Position numbers and translations under genes: made by a program. This document shows positions 1-10,870 of a stretch of DNA of 53,216 bases, piece by piece. Source of the DNA: Candidatus Woesearchaeota archaeon (lineage in GTDB: Archaea; Nanobdellota; Nanobdellia; Pacearchaeales; GW2011-AR1). The stretch is taken from contig CAZTCF010000004.1 in NCBI GenBank assembly GCA_964612685.1, positions 1 to 53,216 of the forward strand, written 5' to 3'. How positions within the stretch are numbered: the stretch's first letter is position 1; the number at the start of each line of letters is the position of its first letter. A model generated the notes under the pieces. The model worked only from the letters and a program-made list of their open reading frames with translations. It was not told the origin of the DNA and searched no databases.

Positions 1-924
1 AAAAAGGCGAAACAAATAGGATTAGTTTGGGAGGATATGAATAAATCCAATAAAGAAAGGAATGTTGCGGGTTCTGGAGGGATAGCTTTTGTTGTGGGGG
101 CTTTAATTGGGATATTTATGTATGTTGCTATACAAACCTTTTATTTTAAATCGTCAGACGGAATCTTGATACAGATATTTGCTCTAACAAGTATGTTGCT
201 TTTAGTTTCAGGGATTGGATTGATAGATGATTTATTTGGGTGGAAAAGAGGGGGGCTCTCAAAAAGAACAAGAATAATCTTGGTTTTATTCTCTGCAGTT
301 CCTTTAATGGTTATTAATGCGGGAGAATCTACTGTAATGGGAATAAATTTAGGAATATTTTATCCACTATTAATAATTCCCCTGGGGGTAATAGGGGCAA
401 CAACCACCTTCAATTTTCTAGCTGGTTTTAATGGTTTGGAGGCAGGGCAGGGGATAATACTTCTATCTGCTATGAGCGTTGTGACTTATCTTACTGGAAA
501 TGCCTGGTTAACAGTTATATCTCTGTGTTTGGTTGCCTCGCTTTTAGCTTTCTATATATTTAATGTGAATCCTGCAAAAGTATTCCCTGGGGATGCTCTA
601 ACTTATGCAGTTGGAGCTTCGGTGGCAGGAATTGCAATACTAGGAAACGTTGAAAAGATCGCTTTATTTTTCTTTATACCCTACCTTATTGAGATGGTTT
701 TAAAATTAAGAGGGGGATTAAAAAAACAAAGTTTCGGTAAACCTAATGGAGATGGGACTCTTGAATTGCCTTATGATAAGATATATGGGCTTGAACACCT
801 AGCAATATTTATATTAAAAAAAATAAAACCAAGCAAAAAAGTCTATGAAAATGATGTGGTTTATCTTATAAATTTGTTCCAGATATTTGTGGTTATTCTT
901 GGGTTTGTTTTATTTATCCTGTGA
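1..924 (+). CDS. aglH: UDP-GlcNAc:dolichyl-phosphate GlcNAc-1-phosphotransferase (GPT/AglH, MraY-like family), 5'-truncated
   Basis: Frame is open from base 1 (KKAKQIGLVWEDMNK). Motifs GLIDD, NFLAGFNGLE and KVFPGD; multi-TM; directly upstream of aglB. Confidence 0.85.
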   Translation, partial: KKAKQIGLVWEDMNKSNKERNVAGSGGIAFVVGALIGIFMYVAIQTFYFKSSDGILIQIFALTSMLLLVSGIGLIDDLFGWKRGGLSKRTRIILVLFSAVPLMVINAGESTVMGINLGIFYPLLIIPLGVIGATTTFNFLAGFNGLEAGQGIILLSAMSVVTYLTGNAWLTVISLCLVASLLAFYIFNVNPAKVFPGDALTYAVGASVAGIAILGNVEKIALFFFIPYLIEMVLKLRGGLKKQSFGKPNGDGTLELPYDKIYGLEHLAIFILKKIKPSKKVYENDVVYLINLFQIFVVILGFVLFIL

Positions 925-960
925 TAAACTAAGGTTTTTAAATGGTATTTCTCTTTAATT

Positions 961-3651
961 TTGATGAATGTTAAAGTGATAAAAGAAGAATCAAAAAAAG
1001 TTTTAAATTTTCTAAAACAAAAGAAAATACAGACAATAATAACTGTAATTCTTTTAATAGCAATAATTTTCTTTACTGCTCAAATAAGAACAAATAATAT
1101 ATCCCTACTAAAAGATGCAACAACTGGAGAATACTTAACAGCAGATTTGGATGCATTTTACTGGTTAAGGCTTGCAGAAGTTCTTAATGAAAATGGAGCA
1201 TATCCAGAGTATGATGACATGAGATACCCTCTGCTTAAACTTCCATTCACACATGAAATCCTGCCTAATGTATTGGTATTTTTATATAAGATAATATCTC
1301 CTTTTTCGGAAAATATAACCCTTGCGTATGTTGATGTGATTTATCCAGTAATATTTTTTATTTTAAGTATGATTGTGTTTTTCTTTTTGGTATTGAGACT
1401 TACAAAATCAAAATTGGCTGCATTATTATCTAGTTTCTTCTTAGCAATAATACCCTCCTATTTATTTAGAACAATGGCAGGGGTTTCGGATCATGAACCA
1501 ATAGGGATGTTTGCTTTCTTCCTGGCACTTTTATCATTTACTATATCTGTGCAACAAATTGAAAAAAAGAATTCATGGAAATTGGCTACAATATTTGGAA
1601 TAATTACAGGATTTTTAACCGTGTTTAATATGGCTGCTTGGGGAGGGTCTGCTATATTTGTATTATTGATAGTTCCCCTAACAATATTCTTACTCTGGAT
1701 AACTAATGTAAATAAAACAGAAGAGGGGAAGAATAATCTAAAAGAGTATTTGACGTTCTATATCTCTTGGGTAATGTCTTTCATTCTATTAGGGGTGGTA
1801 TTTTCTTATCCAATCACAACTTCATTGAGTTTCATAATGAATATAAGGGGAATAATTATACCTCTTGTACTAATATTCCTAATAGTAGATTATTTGGTTA
1901 TGCATTTAAAAGATAAAAGGATAAAAGAAATTGGAAAATACAGAATAATCTTAAGTCTAGGTATATCAATAATTCTAGGGATATTAATAAGTTTAATATT
2001 TAATCAGGCTATAGGATTATCTATATCTAATATAATCTCTAATATACTTCGTCCATTCGGGGGGGGAAGAGTAGGGGAGACTGTAGCAGAAAACGCACTT
2101 CCATATACAACTGATTTGATGGGACAAATTGGAAAATCCATGTTCTGGATATTCTTTGGAGGAATCCTTATCATGGGTATTGATTTCGCTAGAGGAATTG
2201 GAAAAAAGAAAAACAAAGTATTATTTTCATTTTTGTGGGCATTAATGATATGTGGAGTATTACTGCATAGATATTCTACTGGATCTATGTTTAATGGAGT
2301 GTCTTTCATAAGTAAATTCTTTTACATAGGAAGCATTATTGTTTTCTTTGGAGCTTTTATATGGATATATTTTAAAGACAAAATAATTGTAAAGGGCGAT
2401 CAGGTGATTTTACTTCTTTTCACTTTTTTCATGGCAATGGCAGGAGTAAGTGCGATTAGATTATTGTTCATATTTACTCCAATAGTTTGTATTGTTTCGG
2501 GGTATGCAATTGTAAAAGTTTATCAGTATGCAAGAGAGAGTAAAGATGAGATATTTAAATTAATATTTTATGCTGCTTTAGTTGGAGTTATTGGGCTTCT
2601 AATATTTGCTTCAGTGAATTACATAAACGCTATTAAAATTCAATCCACCCAGATTGGTTCTTCTGCAAATGCCCAATGGCAATATTCTATGGAATGGGTA
2701 AGAGAAAACACTCAACCAGGAGAGGTGTTTGTTCACTGGTGGGATTATGGATATTGGGTTCAATATATGGGTGAAAGACCAACAGTAACAGATGGGGGGC
2801 ATGGAAATCTTTACTGGGATCATTTAATAGGGAGATATTTATTAACCACCCCTTATCCAGAAACTGCATTGAGTTTTATGAAAGCTCAAAATGTTTCATA
2901 TTTATTGATAGATCCTACGGATATAGGAAAGTATTCTGCTTATAGTAGCATAGGAGGGGATGAAGAAGGGAACGATAGATTTTCATTTATACCTGCAATG
3001 GTATCTAACCCTAGCCAAATACAAGAAACAAAAAATGGAACAATAAGAATATACAATGGAGGATATGGATTGGATGAAGATATAATATACAAACAAGAGA
3101 ATGGAGAAACGATCTTTATCCCAACACAAAATTCCGGAATCGGAGGGATAATTCTTGAAAAGGAAAAAGATGGATTTAAACAACCAATAGCAGCATATAT
3201 CTATAATGGAAATCAAATAAATCTTCCGGTAAGATACTTGTATTATAATGGAACTTGGTATGATTTCAAAAATGGAACAAATACAGCCGTGTACATAATT
3301 CCTCAAATAAGCCAGGTGAATACAGGACTTCAGCTAGATGAAGAGGGGGCTTTAATATATATGTCTTCAAGAGTTGTAGATAGTTTAGTTGCCCAGCTTT
3401 ATCTGATGAACGATCCACAAGGAAAGTACGAAGGAGTAGAACTAGTACATTCTGAGCCAGACCCAATAGAAACTTATCTTGAAAGATATGCAAATATGGA
3501 TATTAATGAATTCTTTTACTTTAATGGACTTAGAGGACCGCTTAAGATATGGGAAGTTAACCCCCCTGAGAATATAATTGCTAGAGAAGAATTCACTGCA
3601 ATTTCTGGAGATTATGCAAGTTTGGATGATTTGGAATTTATAAAATTATAA
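961..3651 (+). CDS. aglB: Oligosaccharyltransferase AglB (STT3 family)
   Basis: WWDYG motif, DLDAFY, TVAEN, DIGK (DK motif); many N-terminal TM helices and a soluble C-terminal domain. Start is TTG 961 or ATG 964. Confidence 0.97.
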   Translation: MMNVKVIKEESKKVLNFLKQKKIQTIITVILLIAIIFFTAQIRTNNISLLKDATTGEYLTADLDAFYWLRLAEVLNENGAYPEYDDMRYPLLKLPFTHEILPNVLVFLYKIISPFSENITLAYVDVIYPVIFFILSMIVFFFLVLRLTKSKLAALLSSFFLAIIPSYLFRTMAGVSDHEPIGMFAFFLALLSFTISVQQIEKKNSWKLATIFGIITGFLTVFNMAAWGGSAIFVLLIVPLTIFLLWITNVNKTEEGKNNLKEYLTFYISWVMSFILLGVVFSYPITTSLSFIMNIRGIIIPLVLIFLIVDYLVMHLKDKRIKEIGKYRIILSLGISIILGILISLIFNQAIGLSISNIISNILRPFGGGRVGETVAENALPYTTDLMGQIGKSMFWIFFGGILIMGIDFARGIGKKKNKVLFSFLWALMICGVLLHRYSTGSMFNGVSFISKFFYIGSIIVFFGAFIWIYFKDKIIVKGDQVILLLFTFFMAMAGVSAIRLLFIFTPIVCIVSGYAIVKVYQYARESKDEIFKLIFYAALVGVIGLLIFASVNYINAIKIQSTQIGSSANAQWQYSMEWVRENTQPGEVFVHWWDYGYWVQYMGERPTVTDGGHGNLYWDHLIGRYLLTTPYPETALSFMKAQNVSYLLIDPTDIGKYSAYSSIGGDEEGNDRFSFIPAMVSNPSQIQETKNGTIRIYNGGYGLDEDIIYKQENGETIFIPTQNSGIGGIILEKEKDGFKQPIAAYIYNGNQINLPVRYLYYNGTWYDFKNGTNTAVYIIPQISQVNTGLQLDEEGALIYMSSRVVDSLVAQLYLMNDPQGKYEGVELVHSEPDPIETYLERYANMDINEFFYFNGLRGPLKIWEVNPPENIIAREEFTAISGDYASLDDLEFIKL

Positions 3652-3652
3652 T

Positions 3653-4753
3653 ATGAAAAACAACATGGATAAGGTTGCGATAGTAAAATGTGGAAGTTAT
3701 AAACAAGAGGATATAGATTTGGCTGTAAACAGAGTCTTGAAGTTGCTAGATTTACCTGTGAATAAATATAAACATATCCTGATTAAGCCAAATATAATAG
3801 GATATTTCAAAGAGAATTTGGATGCAATCATAACTAACCCCTCAATTGTTAAATCCTTGAAAAAAAATTTTAAAAATGCAAGGGTTGGGGAAAGCTCTTT
3901 TAGTGATACAAGAGAAAATATCAGGAAATCTGGATATCAACAATTTAAACCAATAGTTTTTGAGGAAGAAGAGACTGTAGATATCGAAGATAAAAATGCA
4001 AAAGTATTGAAACATTTTAGGCTCACTAAATCAGTTAAGGAAGCAGATTTGGTAATTAATGTGTGTAAATTAAAAACCCATCTTTTAACAAAGCTTACGG
4101 GAGGGGTAAAAAATCTTTATGGATGTATTCCTGGAAGTGTAAAACAAGTGTACCATAGAGATGCAGAGGGAGAGAAAAAATTTTCTAAACTATTGATAGA
4201 TGTTTACCAAAACATTAAACCCCAATTGAATATTATGGATGCAGTTATTTCTATGGAAGGGGGAGGACCCACAGCTGGAAAACCAAAAAAAACAAATTTG
4301 ATTATTGCATCTAGAAACACAATTGCATTAGATGTTGTGGCTTCAAAGATAATGGGATACAACCCAAAAGATATACTCACAACAAGAGAAGCTGTAAAAA
4401 GGAATCTTGGGAGTTATGAGGTTGAACTTGTGGGGGATTTTAAAAAAGTTCCAAACCTGAAGTTTGACAAACCATCAAGACTAAGAAGACTAATGGCAGA
4501 TATATTGTTGTTGGGAGTTAAAAAGGAAAAAATTGTCGTGGATGAAAGCAAGTGTACAAAATGTGGAATTTGTGCGAGACATTGTCCTATGAAAGCTATA
4601 ACCCTCAAACCTTATCCGGTAGTCGATGAGAAAAAGTGTATAAGGTGTTTTTGTTGCATTGAAGTTTGTCCAAACCATGCCCTATCCTTAAGAGAGAATT
4701 TTATGAGAAGGATGGTTAATTTTGTTAAAAAGACTGTAAATAAGATTAGATAA
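3653..4753 (+). CDS. DUF362 protein with C-terminal 2x[4Fe-4S] ferredoxin domain
   Basis: IKPN, KLKTH, GGVKNLYG, DAVISMEGGGP; CTKCGICARHCP and CIRCFCCIEVCP. Confidence 0.9.
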   Translation: MKNNMDKVAIVKCGSYKQEDIDLAVNRVLKLLDLPVNKYKHILIKPNIIGYFKENLDAIITNPSIVKSLKKNFKNARVGESSFSDTRENIRKSGYQQFKPIVFEEEETVDIEDKNAKVLKHFRLTKSVKEADLVINVCKLKTHLLTKLTGGVKNLYGCIPGSVKQVYHRDAEGEKKFSKLLIDVYQNIKPQLNIMDAVISMEGGGPTAGKPKKTNLIIASRNTIALDVVASKIMGYNPKDILTTREAVKRNLGSYEVELVGDFKKVPNLKFDKPSRLRRLMADILLLGVKKEKIVVDESKCTKCGICARHCPMKAITLKPYPVVDEKKCIRCFCCIEVCPNHALSLRENFMRRMVNFVKKTVNKIR

Positions 4754-4768
4754 ATAAATAGAATTTTT

Positions 4769-5929
4769 ATGTTTTATAAAATGAAAAAGAAAATAGCTAT
4801 ATTTCACCCTTGGATAAAAAGCAAGGGAGGAGCAGAGAAAACTGTGCTTGAAATATTAAAAAACATAAAAAATGTTGAGCTATATACTTGGGTTTATGAA
4901 AAGGAAAATACATTTGAGGAATTTCAAGATTTCAAAATAAATGTAATTGGTAAAAAATTCTTTAGAAAATTTTCTAGGTCAAACATATTAAGAGGGGTTT
5001 TTTTAATAAATTGCTTATTTTCAAAAATACCCCTGGAGAAATATGATTTATTTTTAATCTCAACTTCGGGATTGGCTGAATTTATTACGTTTAGAAATTA
5101 CAAAAAAGGGAAGACCTATGCATATGTTCATACTCCTTTGAGAGATGCTGATAAAGATATTATGAATTGGAATTTAAAAAACAGACACAAAAATATCTTT
5201 TCTAAATTATTTTACAGATTGGCTGTGTCTTTTTACAAAATATTAGAAAGGAAGGCTTGGGAAAAAATAGACTTTGCAATATTTAATTCTGAATTGAGTC
5301 TAGAGAGGGCTAGAAAAAGAAAGTTAATATCTGAAAAAAAAGCAAAAGTAATTTATCCTCCCACAGATATAGAAGGAATAAAAAATATAAAAACAAAAAA
5401 CAAGGGATATTTTCTTTATCCTTCTAGGATTAATAACCCTAAAAGACAGGATTTACTTGTAAAATCCTGGAAGGTATTTTTAAAAAAACATCCTAATGAA
5501 AAGTTAATTATTGCTGGAAGTATGGAAAATAAAAAATATTACAATGAAATAAAAGAATTATCTAAAAATATCCCCCATATTGAGATAAAGACGAACATAA
5601 ATAATGAAGATTTTTTTAAATTATACAGTGAATGTAAGGCAGTTATATTTATCCCTTTTATAGAAGACTTTGGAATAGTTCCTTTCGAAGCACTTGCTTT
5701 TGGAAAACCACTTATTGCAGTCGATAAGGGTGGATATTTTAAACTAATAGAAAAAACCCCTCAGTATTGCAAAATAAAAGAAGTATGCTATGAAGAGGAG
5801 ATGATAAATGAAATAAATAAGTCATTAGAAATATTTCTTAATTCAAAAATAACTCCGAAGAGAATAACAAATCTATCTTACAACACGAATAATTTTATAA
5901 AGAATCTAAGCAAAACATTAGGGTTGTAA
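4769..5929 (+). CDS. GT4 glycosyltransferase
   Basis: KGGAEK, SRINNPKRQD, EDFGIVPFEALAFGKP. Confidence 0.92.
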   Translation: MFYKMKKKIAIFHPWIKSKGGAEKTVLEILKNIKNVELYTWVYEKENTFEEFQDFKINVIGKKFFRKFSRSNILRGVFLINCLFSKIPLEKYDLFLISTSGLAEFITFRNYKKGKTYAYVHTPLRDADKDIMNWNLKNRHKNIFSKLFYRLAVSFYKILERKAWEKIDFAIFNSELSLERARKRKLISEKKAKVIYPPTDIEGIKNIKTKNKGYFLYPSRINNPKRQDLLVKSWKVFLKKHPNEKLIIAGSMENKKYYNEIKELSKNIPHIEIKTNINNEDFFKLYSECKAVIFIPFIEDFGIVPFEALAFGKPLIAVDKGGYFKLIEKTPQYCKIKEVCYEEEMINEINKSLEIFLNSKITPKRITNLSYNTNNFIKNLSKTLGL

Positions 5930-5930
5930 A

Positions 5931-6782
5931 ATGAAAGAACTTGTATCAATAAACATTCCTACTTATAACAATATAAAAACATTGGGTAAGACTCTTGAGA
6001 GTATAAAAAATCAAACTTATACAAACCTAGAGATAATTATAATTGATAGCAATAGTACTGATGGTACTTTAGAGTTGATTAAAAAATTTAAGGGAATAAA
6101 GGTATATCAATATCAAGGCACGCTTCTTGGGGCAAGAGGGTTAGGAGTAGAAAAATCAAAGGGAAAGTATGTTTTTCTGATTGACTCGGACCATATTCTT
6201 AAATCGGATACAATTGAAAAAGGGGTTGAATCAATGAAAAAATACGACATGTCCTGGTTGTATGAAAGAAGTTACAAACCTCGAAAGCTCCTTGAAAGAT
6301 TATATGATGCTGACAGAGTTTTAGTTCAAAATGATGCTTCTGAGTATATAGAGCCTGTAGGAGGAACTATTCTTCCAAGGGTATACAAAAGAGAAATCCT
6401 TTTAGGAGCTTTCAACAAAATACCAAAGAAGATACTCCCTCTTTGTGTTGCTCACGATCATGCTATAATATATTACGAAGCAAAAAAAATATCAAATAAA
6501 ATAGGAAATATTGGAGATTACAATCACCCTGCAATCTGGCATCAAGAACCTTGGAGTTGGAAAAATTTGTTTAAGAAAACTTACAGATACGGGATTACTA
6601 CAAGAAAATTGGTTGAAAACAAAGTTTACCCAGAGCTATTAAAATCAAAAAATAAGGGAAGGAAAATAAAAATGAAGTATCTGGGATTAGCTGTAAAAAG
6701 CAACATACTTAGAGCAATAAGAGCAATTCCTTATCTATATGGGTATTGGAAAGGGAGAGATAGGAAAATACCCAGCTTATAA
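5931..6782 (+). CDS. GT2 glycosyltransferase
   Basis: SINIPTYN, IIDSNSTDGT, FLIDSD (DxD). Confidence 0.92.
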   Translation: MKELVSINIPTYNNIKTLGKTLESIKNQTYTNLEIIIIDSNSTDGTLELIKKFKGIKVYQYQGTLLGARGLGVEKSKGKYVFLIDSDHILKSDTIEKGVESMKKYDMSWLYERSYKPRKLLERLYDADRVLVQNDASEYIEPVGGTILPRVYKREILLGAFNKIPKKILPLCVAHDHAIIYYEAKKISNKIGNIGDYNHPAIWHQEPWSWKNLFKKTYRYGITTRKLVENKVYPELLKSKNKGRKIKMKYLGLAVKSNILRAIRAIPYLYGYWKGRDRKIPSL

Positions 6783-6819
6783 TAAATATATTTATTAAAT
6801 GAACTTTTAATCATAGATT

Positions 6820-7731
6820 ATGGATAAAAAAATAGCAATAATAATATGTAGTTATAATCAAAAAGAACTTCTTGAAGATTGTCTTAAGAGCATAAAGAAA
6901 AATACATTATATAAAAACTACAAAGTTTATTTTGTAGATGATTCTGGAAATGGAGAGATAGCTAAAGAAGTAAAAAAATATTTTCCATGGGTAGATGTTT
7001 CAATAAATAAAAAGAACTTGGGATTTTCAAAATCGAATAATGTTGGCATTAAGAAAGCAATAAAGGAATACAGCCCAGATTATTTTCTTTTATTGAATGA
7101 TGACACAGAGATAATTGATAAGAAATGGATTCAGAAGATGATTAAATCCGGAGAAGAAGATGAAAAAATAGGGATATTAGGGTGTAAAATAATATATCCG
7201 GATGGAAGCCTACAAAACCTGGGAGGATATCTAAGAAAATGGAAGATTGAATTAGAAAACGATGAGAACAAGAAGAGGGTTTTTGAAGTGGACCATATAA
7301 TGGGGGCTTTTTTAATGATAAAAAAAGAGGTAATCAAGGATATAGGCATTTTAGATGAGGAATTCTCTCCATATTTATTGGAAGATACAGACTATTGTTT
7401 AAGAGCAAAGAAAAAAGGGTGGAAGATAGTGAGTGTACCCGAGGTTAAAACAATTCATAAAAAAGGCAAGAGTATTGACTCTCAAGAAAATAAAAAAAGT
7501 CTTCTGGTTAGATTTAAAAACGACATTATCTTCTCAAAAAAGCACTTGAAAGGTTGGAATAAATTTTTTAGAATATTTATCTACCTGCCGTTAGTTGCAA
7601 TATTTAGGAAAAAGAAAGACCAAGATAAACTAAAGCTAAGTAAGTTTAGATTAAGGAGAAACTTCTTAAGAAATTTGGGTTTGTGGTTTATTGCATTTTT
7701 TCCAAAAATATATGAAAATAAATTAAAATGA
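6820..7731 (+). CDS. GT2 glycosyltransferase (WbbL/RfbF-like)
   Basis: IICSYN, VDDSG, NLGFSKSNN, LLLNDDT, GAFLMI, EDTDYC. Confidence 0.92.
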   Translation: MDKKIAIIICSYNQKELLEDCLKSIKKNTLYKNYKVYFVDDSGNGEIAKEVKKYFPWVDVSINKKNLGFSKSNNVGIKKAIKEYSPDYFLLLNDDTEIIDKKWIQKMIKSGEEDEKIGILGCKIIYPDGSLQNLGGYLRKWKIELENDENKKRVFEVDHIMGAFLMIKKEVIKDIGILDEEFSPYLLEDTDYCLRAKKKGWKIVSVPEVKTIHKKGKSIDSQENKKSLLVRFKNDIIFSKKHLKGWNKFFRIFIYLPLVAIFRKKKDQDKLKLSKFRLRRNFLRNLGLWFIAFFPKIYENKLK

Positions 7732-8741
7732 TAAAAAAGATATTGTATAAGATCAGAGCAAATCGTATAGGTTATCAAGTTGGAAGAAAATTCCTATCTA
7801 CCCCCTTTATTGTTAATAGCAAATTGTACAACAAGATATATGATAAAAAGATAAATAAAAATATAAAAAAACTTGACAAGGAATATCCTTATGGGCTGGA
7901 GATTGGAACAACAAACATATGCAATGCAGAGTGTATAATGTGTCCCCATACAAAATTAAAAAAAATGGGCACTATGGATATGAAGCTGTATAAGAAAATA
8001 ATAGATAATTGCAAGAAGCTTAAAATAACTGCAATAACCCTTTCATTTTTTGGAGAACCCTTCATAGATAAGACAATTATTGAAAAGATAAAGTATGCAA
8101 AAGAAAAAGGTATGAGTGTTTCTTTTTATTCTAATGCCTCTCTATTAACTAAAGAATTATCTGAGAAGATTATAAATGCAGGATTAGACCATATAACAAT
8201 AAGTTTTGATGGGGCAACTAAAGAGACATATGAGAAGATAAGAAAAAAGTTGAAATTTGATGTTGTTAAAAAGAACATACTTACTTTAATTGAAAGTAAA
8301 AAAAGAATGAGAAAAAATAATCCAAGTATAACCCTTGTTCTTGTTGAATTGGAAGAGAATAGAAAAGAGATAAAACAATTTTATCATGAATGGAAAGATA
8401 AAGTCCAAAATATAAATATAATTAATATGAGAAATTGGGCTAATCAGATAACTAAAGAGGGGACAAAGGAAAGCTTACATTTCAATAAAAATAAGAATAG
8501 AAAACCTTGCGCCCTTATATGGAAAGAGTTGGTAGTAGATTGGAATGGAGATGTTGTGTTATGTAACGATGATTGGAATCATTCAACTATCTTGGGAAAT
8601 TTAAAAAAACAAAGTATAGAAGAAGTATGGATGGGAGAAAAAATGAGGAAGATAAGAGATGCCCATGTAAAAAGAGAGTTTTCAAAAGTTCCTCTTTGTT
8701 CAAAGTGTAATAGAAAATCTGTTTGGTGGTTAATAGATTAA
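7728..8741 (+). CDS. Radical SAM protein with SPASM/twitch domain
   Basis: CNAECIMC (CxxxCxxC), FFGEP; C-terminal KPC...DWNGDVVLC...LGN...CSKC. Confidence 0.93.
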   Translation: MIKKILYKIRANRIGYQVGRKFLSTPFIVNSKLYNKIYDKKINKNIKKLDKEYPYGLEIGTTNICNAECIMCPHTKLKKMGTMDMKLYKKIIDNCKKLKITAITLSFFGEPFIDKTIIEKIKYAKEKGMSVSFYSNASLLTKELSEKIINAGLDHITISFDGATKETYEKIRKKLKFDVVKKNILTLIESKKRMRKNNPSITLVLVELEENRKEIKQFYHEWKDKVQNINIINMRNWANQITKEGTKESLHFNKNKNRKPCALIWKELVVDWNGDVVLCNDDWNHSTILGNLKKQSIEEVWMGEKMRKIRDAHVKREFSKVPLCSKCNRKSVWWLID

Positions 8742-8786
8742 AGGTTAAAGTAATCTATTTAAATTAAAGACTTCCTTTTAATATAC

Positions 8787-9926
8787 ATGATAAATAGAAG
8801 AATCTGTTTTGTTAATGGTACTTCTCCAATGTTTAATGGAGGGATTGGAAACTACCAAAAAAATTTAATAAATTATCTAAAAGAAGGAAATTTAGATATA
8901 ACCTGGTTGTATAAATCAGATAAATATGAGAATTACCTCAAAGAGGGAGTAAAATATTTTGGATTAAAGTGTAACAAACTTCCTTTTATTGAGGACATAT
9001 CTTTCAACATAAAAGCAAGAAGATACCTTAATAAAAATTATTTTGATGTGATTAATTCTCATGCTATATGGGGATATTGGATGAAAAATTATAAAATACA
9101 AAACTTCCAAAAATTAATACATACATACCATGGAGCTACATACCCTTATTATAAAGTGCATCTTAGAAGATTTGGAATAATAAAAAGAATATTGTTTTCT
9201 CCGTTATTATTGTTGGGGTATTTAATAGAAAAGCCTCCCATAAGAAATTCAGATAAGATAATTTGTGTTTCTGAGAAGGTAAAAAAACAAATTGAGAGTA
9301 CTTATAAAAAAAGGAAAGATATTTCTGTAATAAGGACGGGTGTTGATTTAAAAGATTTTAAACCAAGAGATAAAAATAAATCAAGAAAAAGTATAGGATT
9401 AGAAAAAAATAAGATTTATGGATTGTATATAGCAAAGGGAGGATATTGGATAAAGGGATTGGACAGGGTTGTTAAGATTTCGGAAGAAATATATAAAGAG
9501 AACAAAAATTATAGGCTTATTGTTGCGGGTTCGGATAAAAATAAAGTAAAAAATCTCATAAAAAGAAATTTTATAATCTATAAAGAACAAGTTTCAAGAA
9601 AGGAAGTGCCATTTTATTATAATTCCTCGGATTTCTTCTTCTGTCTATCAAGATACGAGGGAGGAGCACCTACTCTTGTTGTATCCGAGAGCATGGCCTC
9701 GGGGTGTCCAATAATATGCTCAAAAGATGCAGAACAGGAGATATTAATAGAAAATAAAAATTGCATAATGATAAATAACTTTGATAATAAAGATGCAAAA
9801 AAAATAATTGAGATAGTTAATAATAAAAGTAAAAAACAGAGTATAATTAATAATTCAATTAAAGCGATAAAAGATATCTCTCTTGAAAAATGGGGGAGAA
9901 AATATCTTGAAATATTGGTAAAATGA
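8787..9926 (+). CDS. GT4 glycosyltransferase
   Basis: GGIG, HTYHG, TGVD, KGLD, RYEGGAPTLVVSESMASGCP. Confidence 0.9.
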   Translation: MINRRICFVNGTSPMFNGGIGNYQKNLINYLKEGNLDITWLYKSDKYENYLKEGVKYFGLKCNKLPFIEDISFNIKARRYLNKNYFDVINSHAIWGYWMKNYKIQNFQKLIHTYHGATYPYYKVHLRRFGIIKRILFSPLLLLGYLIEKPPIRNSDKIICVSEKVKKQIESTYKKRKDISVIRTGVDLKDFKPRDKNKSRKSIGLEKNKIYGLYIAKGGYWIKGLDRVVKISEEIYKENKNYRLIVAGSDKNKVKNLIKRNFIIYKEQVSRKEVPFYYNSSDFFFCLSRYEGGAPTLVVSESMASGCPIICSKDAEQEILIENKNCIMINNFDNKDAKKIIEIVNNKSKKQSIINNSIKAIKDISLEKWGRKYLEILVK

Positions 9927-10870
9927 AATTAATCAAAAAATGCGAGGTATGTGGAAATAAAAATATACAATTTTTATTTAAACAGCCTGATAAAAATCTT
10001 GATATAAATGAAGAATTCTCCTTGTTTAAATGTAATAAATGTAATGCTTTATTTCCAAACCCTCAACTCACAAGCAAAGAGCTTGAAAAATATTATCCAA
10101 GAGATAAATACTACTCGCTGAAAAAAATATACTCAAAAGAAGAATCTAAAAAAACTAATCTTAACCTATTCTTATACAAATTGTACTTTGATTCAAAAAG
10201 TAAAAATGTAATTATGAAATTACTATTATCTCCTATAAAATTTATTGTTAGAGGAACAAATATTTGTAAAGATAAGAAAATATTGGATATAGGTTCTGGG
10301 AGCGGACAATTTCTATACGAGATGAAAGAATTAGGTATGGATGTTTATGGAGTTGAACCTGGAGAGTTTGATAAAGAAAGTAAAAATAAATATAAACTAA
10401 ATATAAAAAACTCTAATTTAATAAATGCAAAATATCCTAAAGAGTTTTTTGATATAATTACAATAAACCATGTTTTGGAACACTTAGATGATCCAAACAA
10501 GAATATAAAAGAGGTTTATAGAATATTGAAAAAAGGAGGGAAATTTATAATTGGTATACCTAATAGTAATTCTTTAGCATACAAATTATTTGGTAAAAAT
10601 TGGCATCAGTTAGATATCCCAAGACACCTATGGAATTATTCAAACAAAAATATAAAGATATTGCTGGAAAGAAATGGATTTAAAATCAAAAAAATAAGAT
10701 ACAACTCGAGACCAAATCAGTTTGTAGTATCCTTATATTTTTCGATAGGAATAAAAAATAGAGAGGGGAAGTTAAACAGAATATTGGAAGTTATTTTCCT
10801 TCCATTAACTTGGTTTGTAAACTGTTTAAGAATGGGAGATCAGATTGAAGTCTGGTGCGAGAAAAGATGA
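9923..10870 (+). CDS. Class I SAM methyltransferase with N-terminal Zn ribbon
   Basis: CEVC...CNKC, ILDIGSGSG, HVLEH, LDIPRH. Confidence 0.9.
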   Translation: MKLIKKCEVCGNKNIQFLFKQPDKNLDINEEFSLFKCNKCNALFPNPQLTSKELEKYYPRDKYYSLKKIYSKEESKKTNLNLFLYKLYFDSKSKNVIMKLLLSPIKFIVRGTNICKDKKILDIGSGSGQFLYEMKELGMDVYGVEPGEFDKESKNKYKLNIKNSNLINAKYPKEFFDIITINHVLEHLDDPNKNIKEVYRILKKGGKFIIGIPNSNSLAYKLFGKNWHQLDIPRHLWNYSNKNIKILLERNGFKIKKIRYNSRPNQFVVSLYFSIGIKNREGKLNRILEVIFLPLTWFVNCLRMGDQIEVWCEKR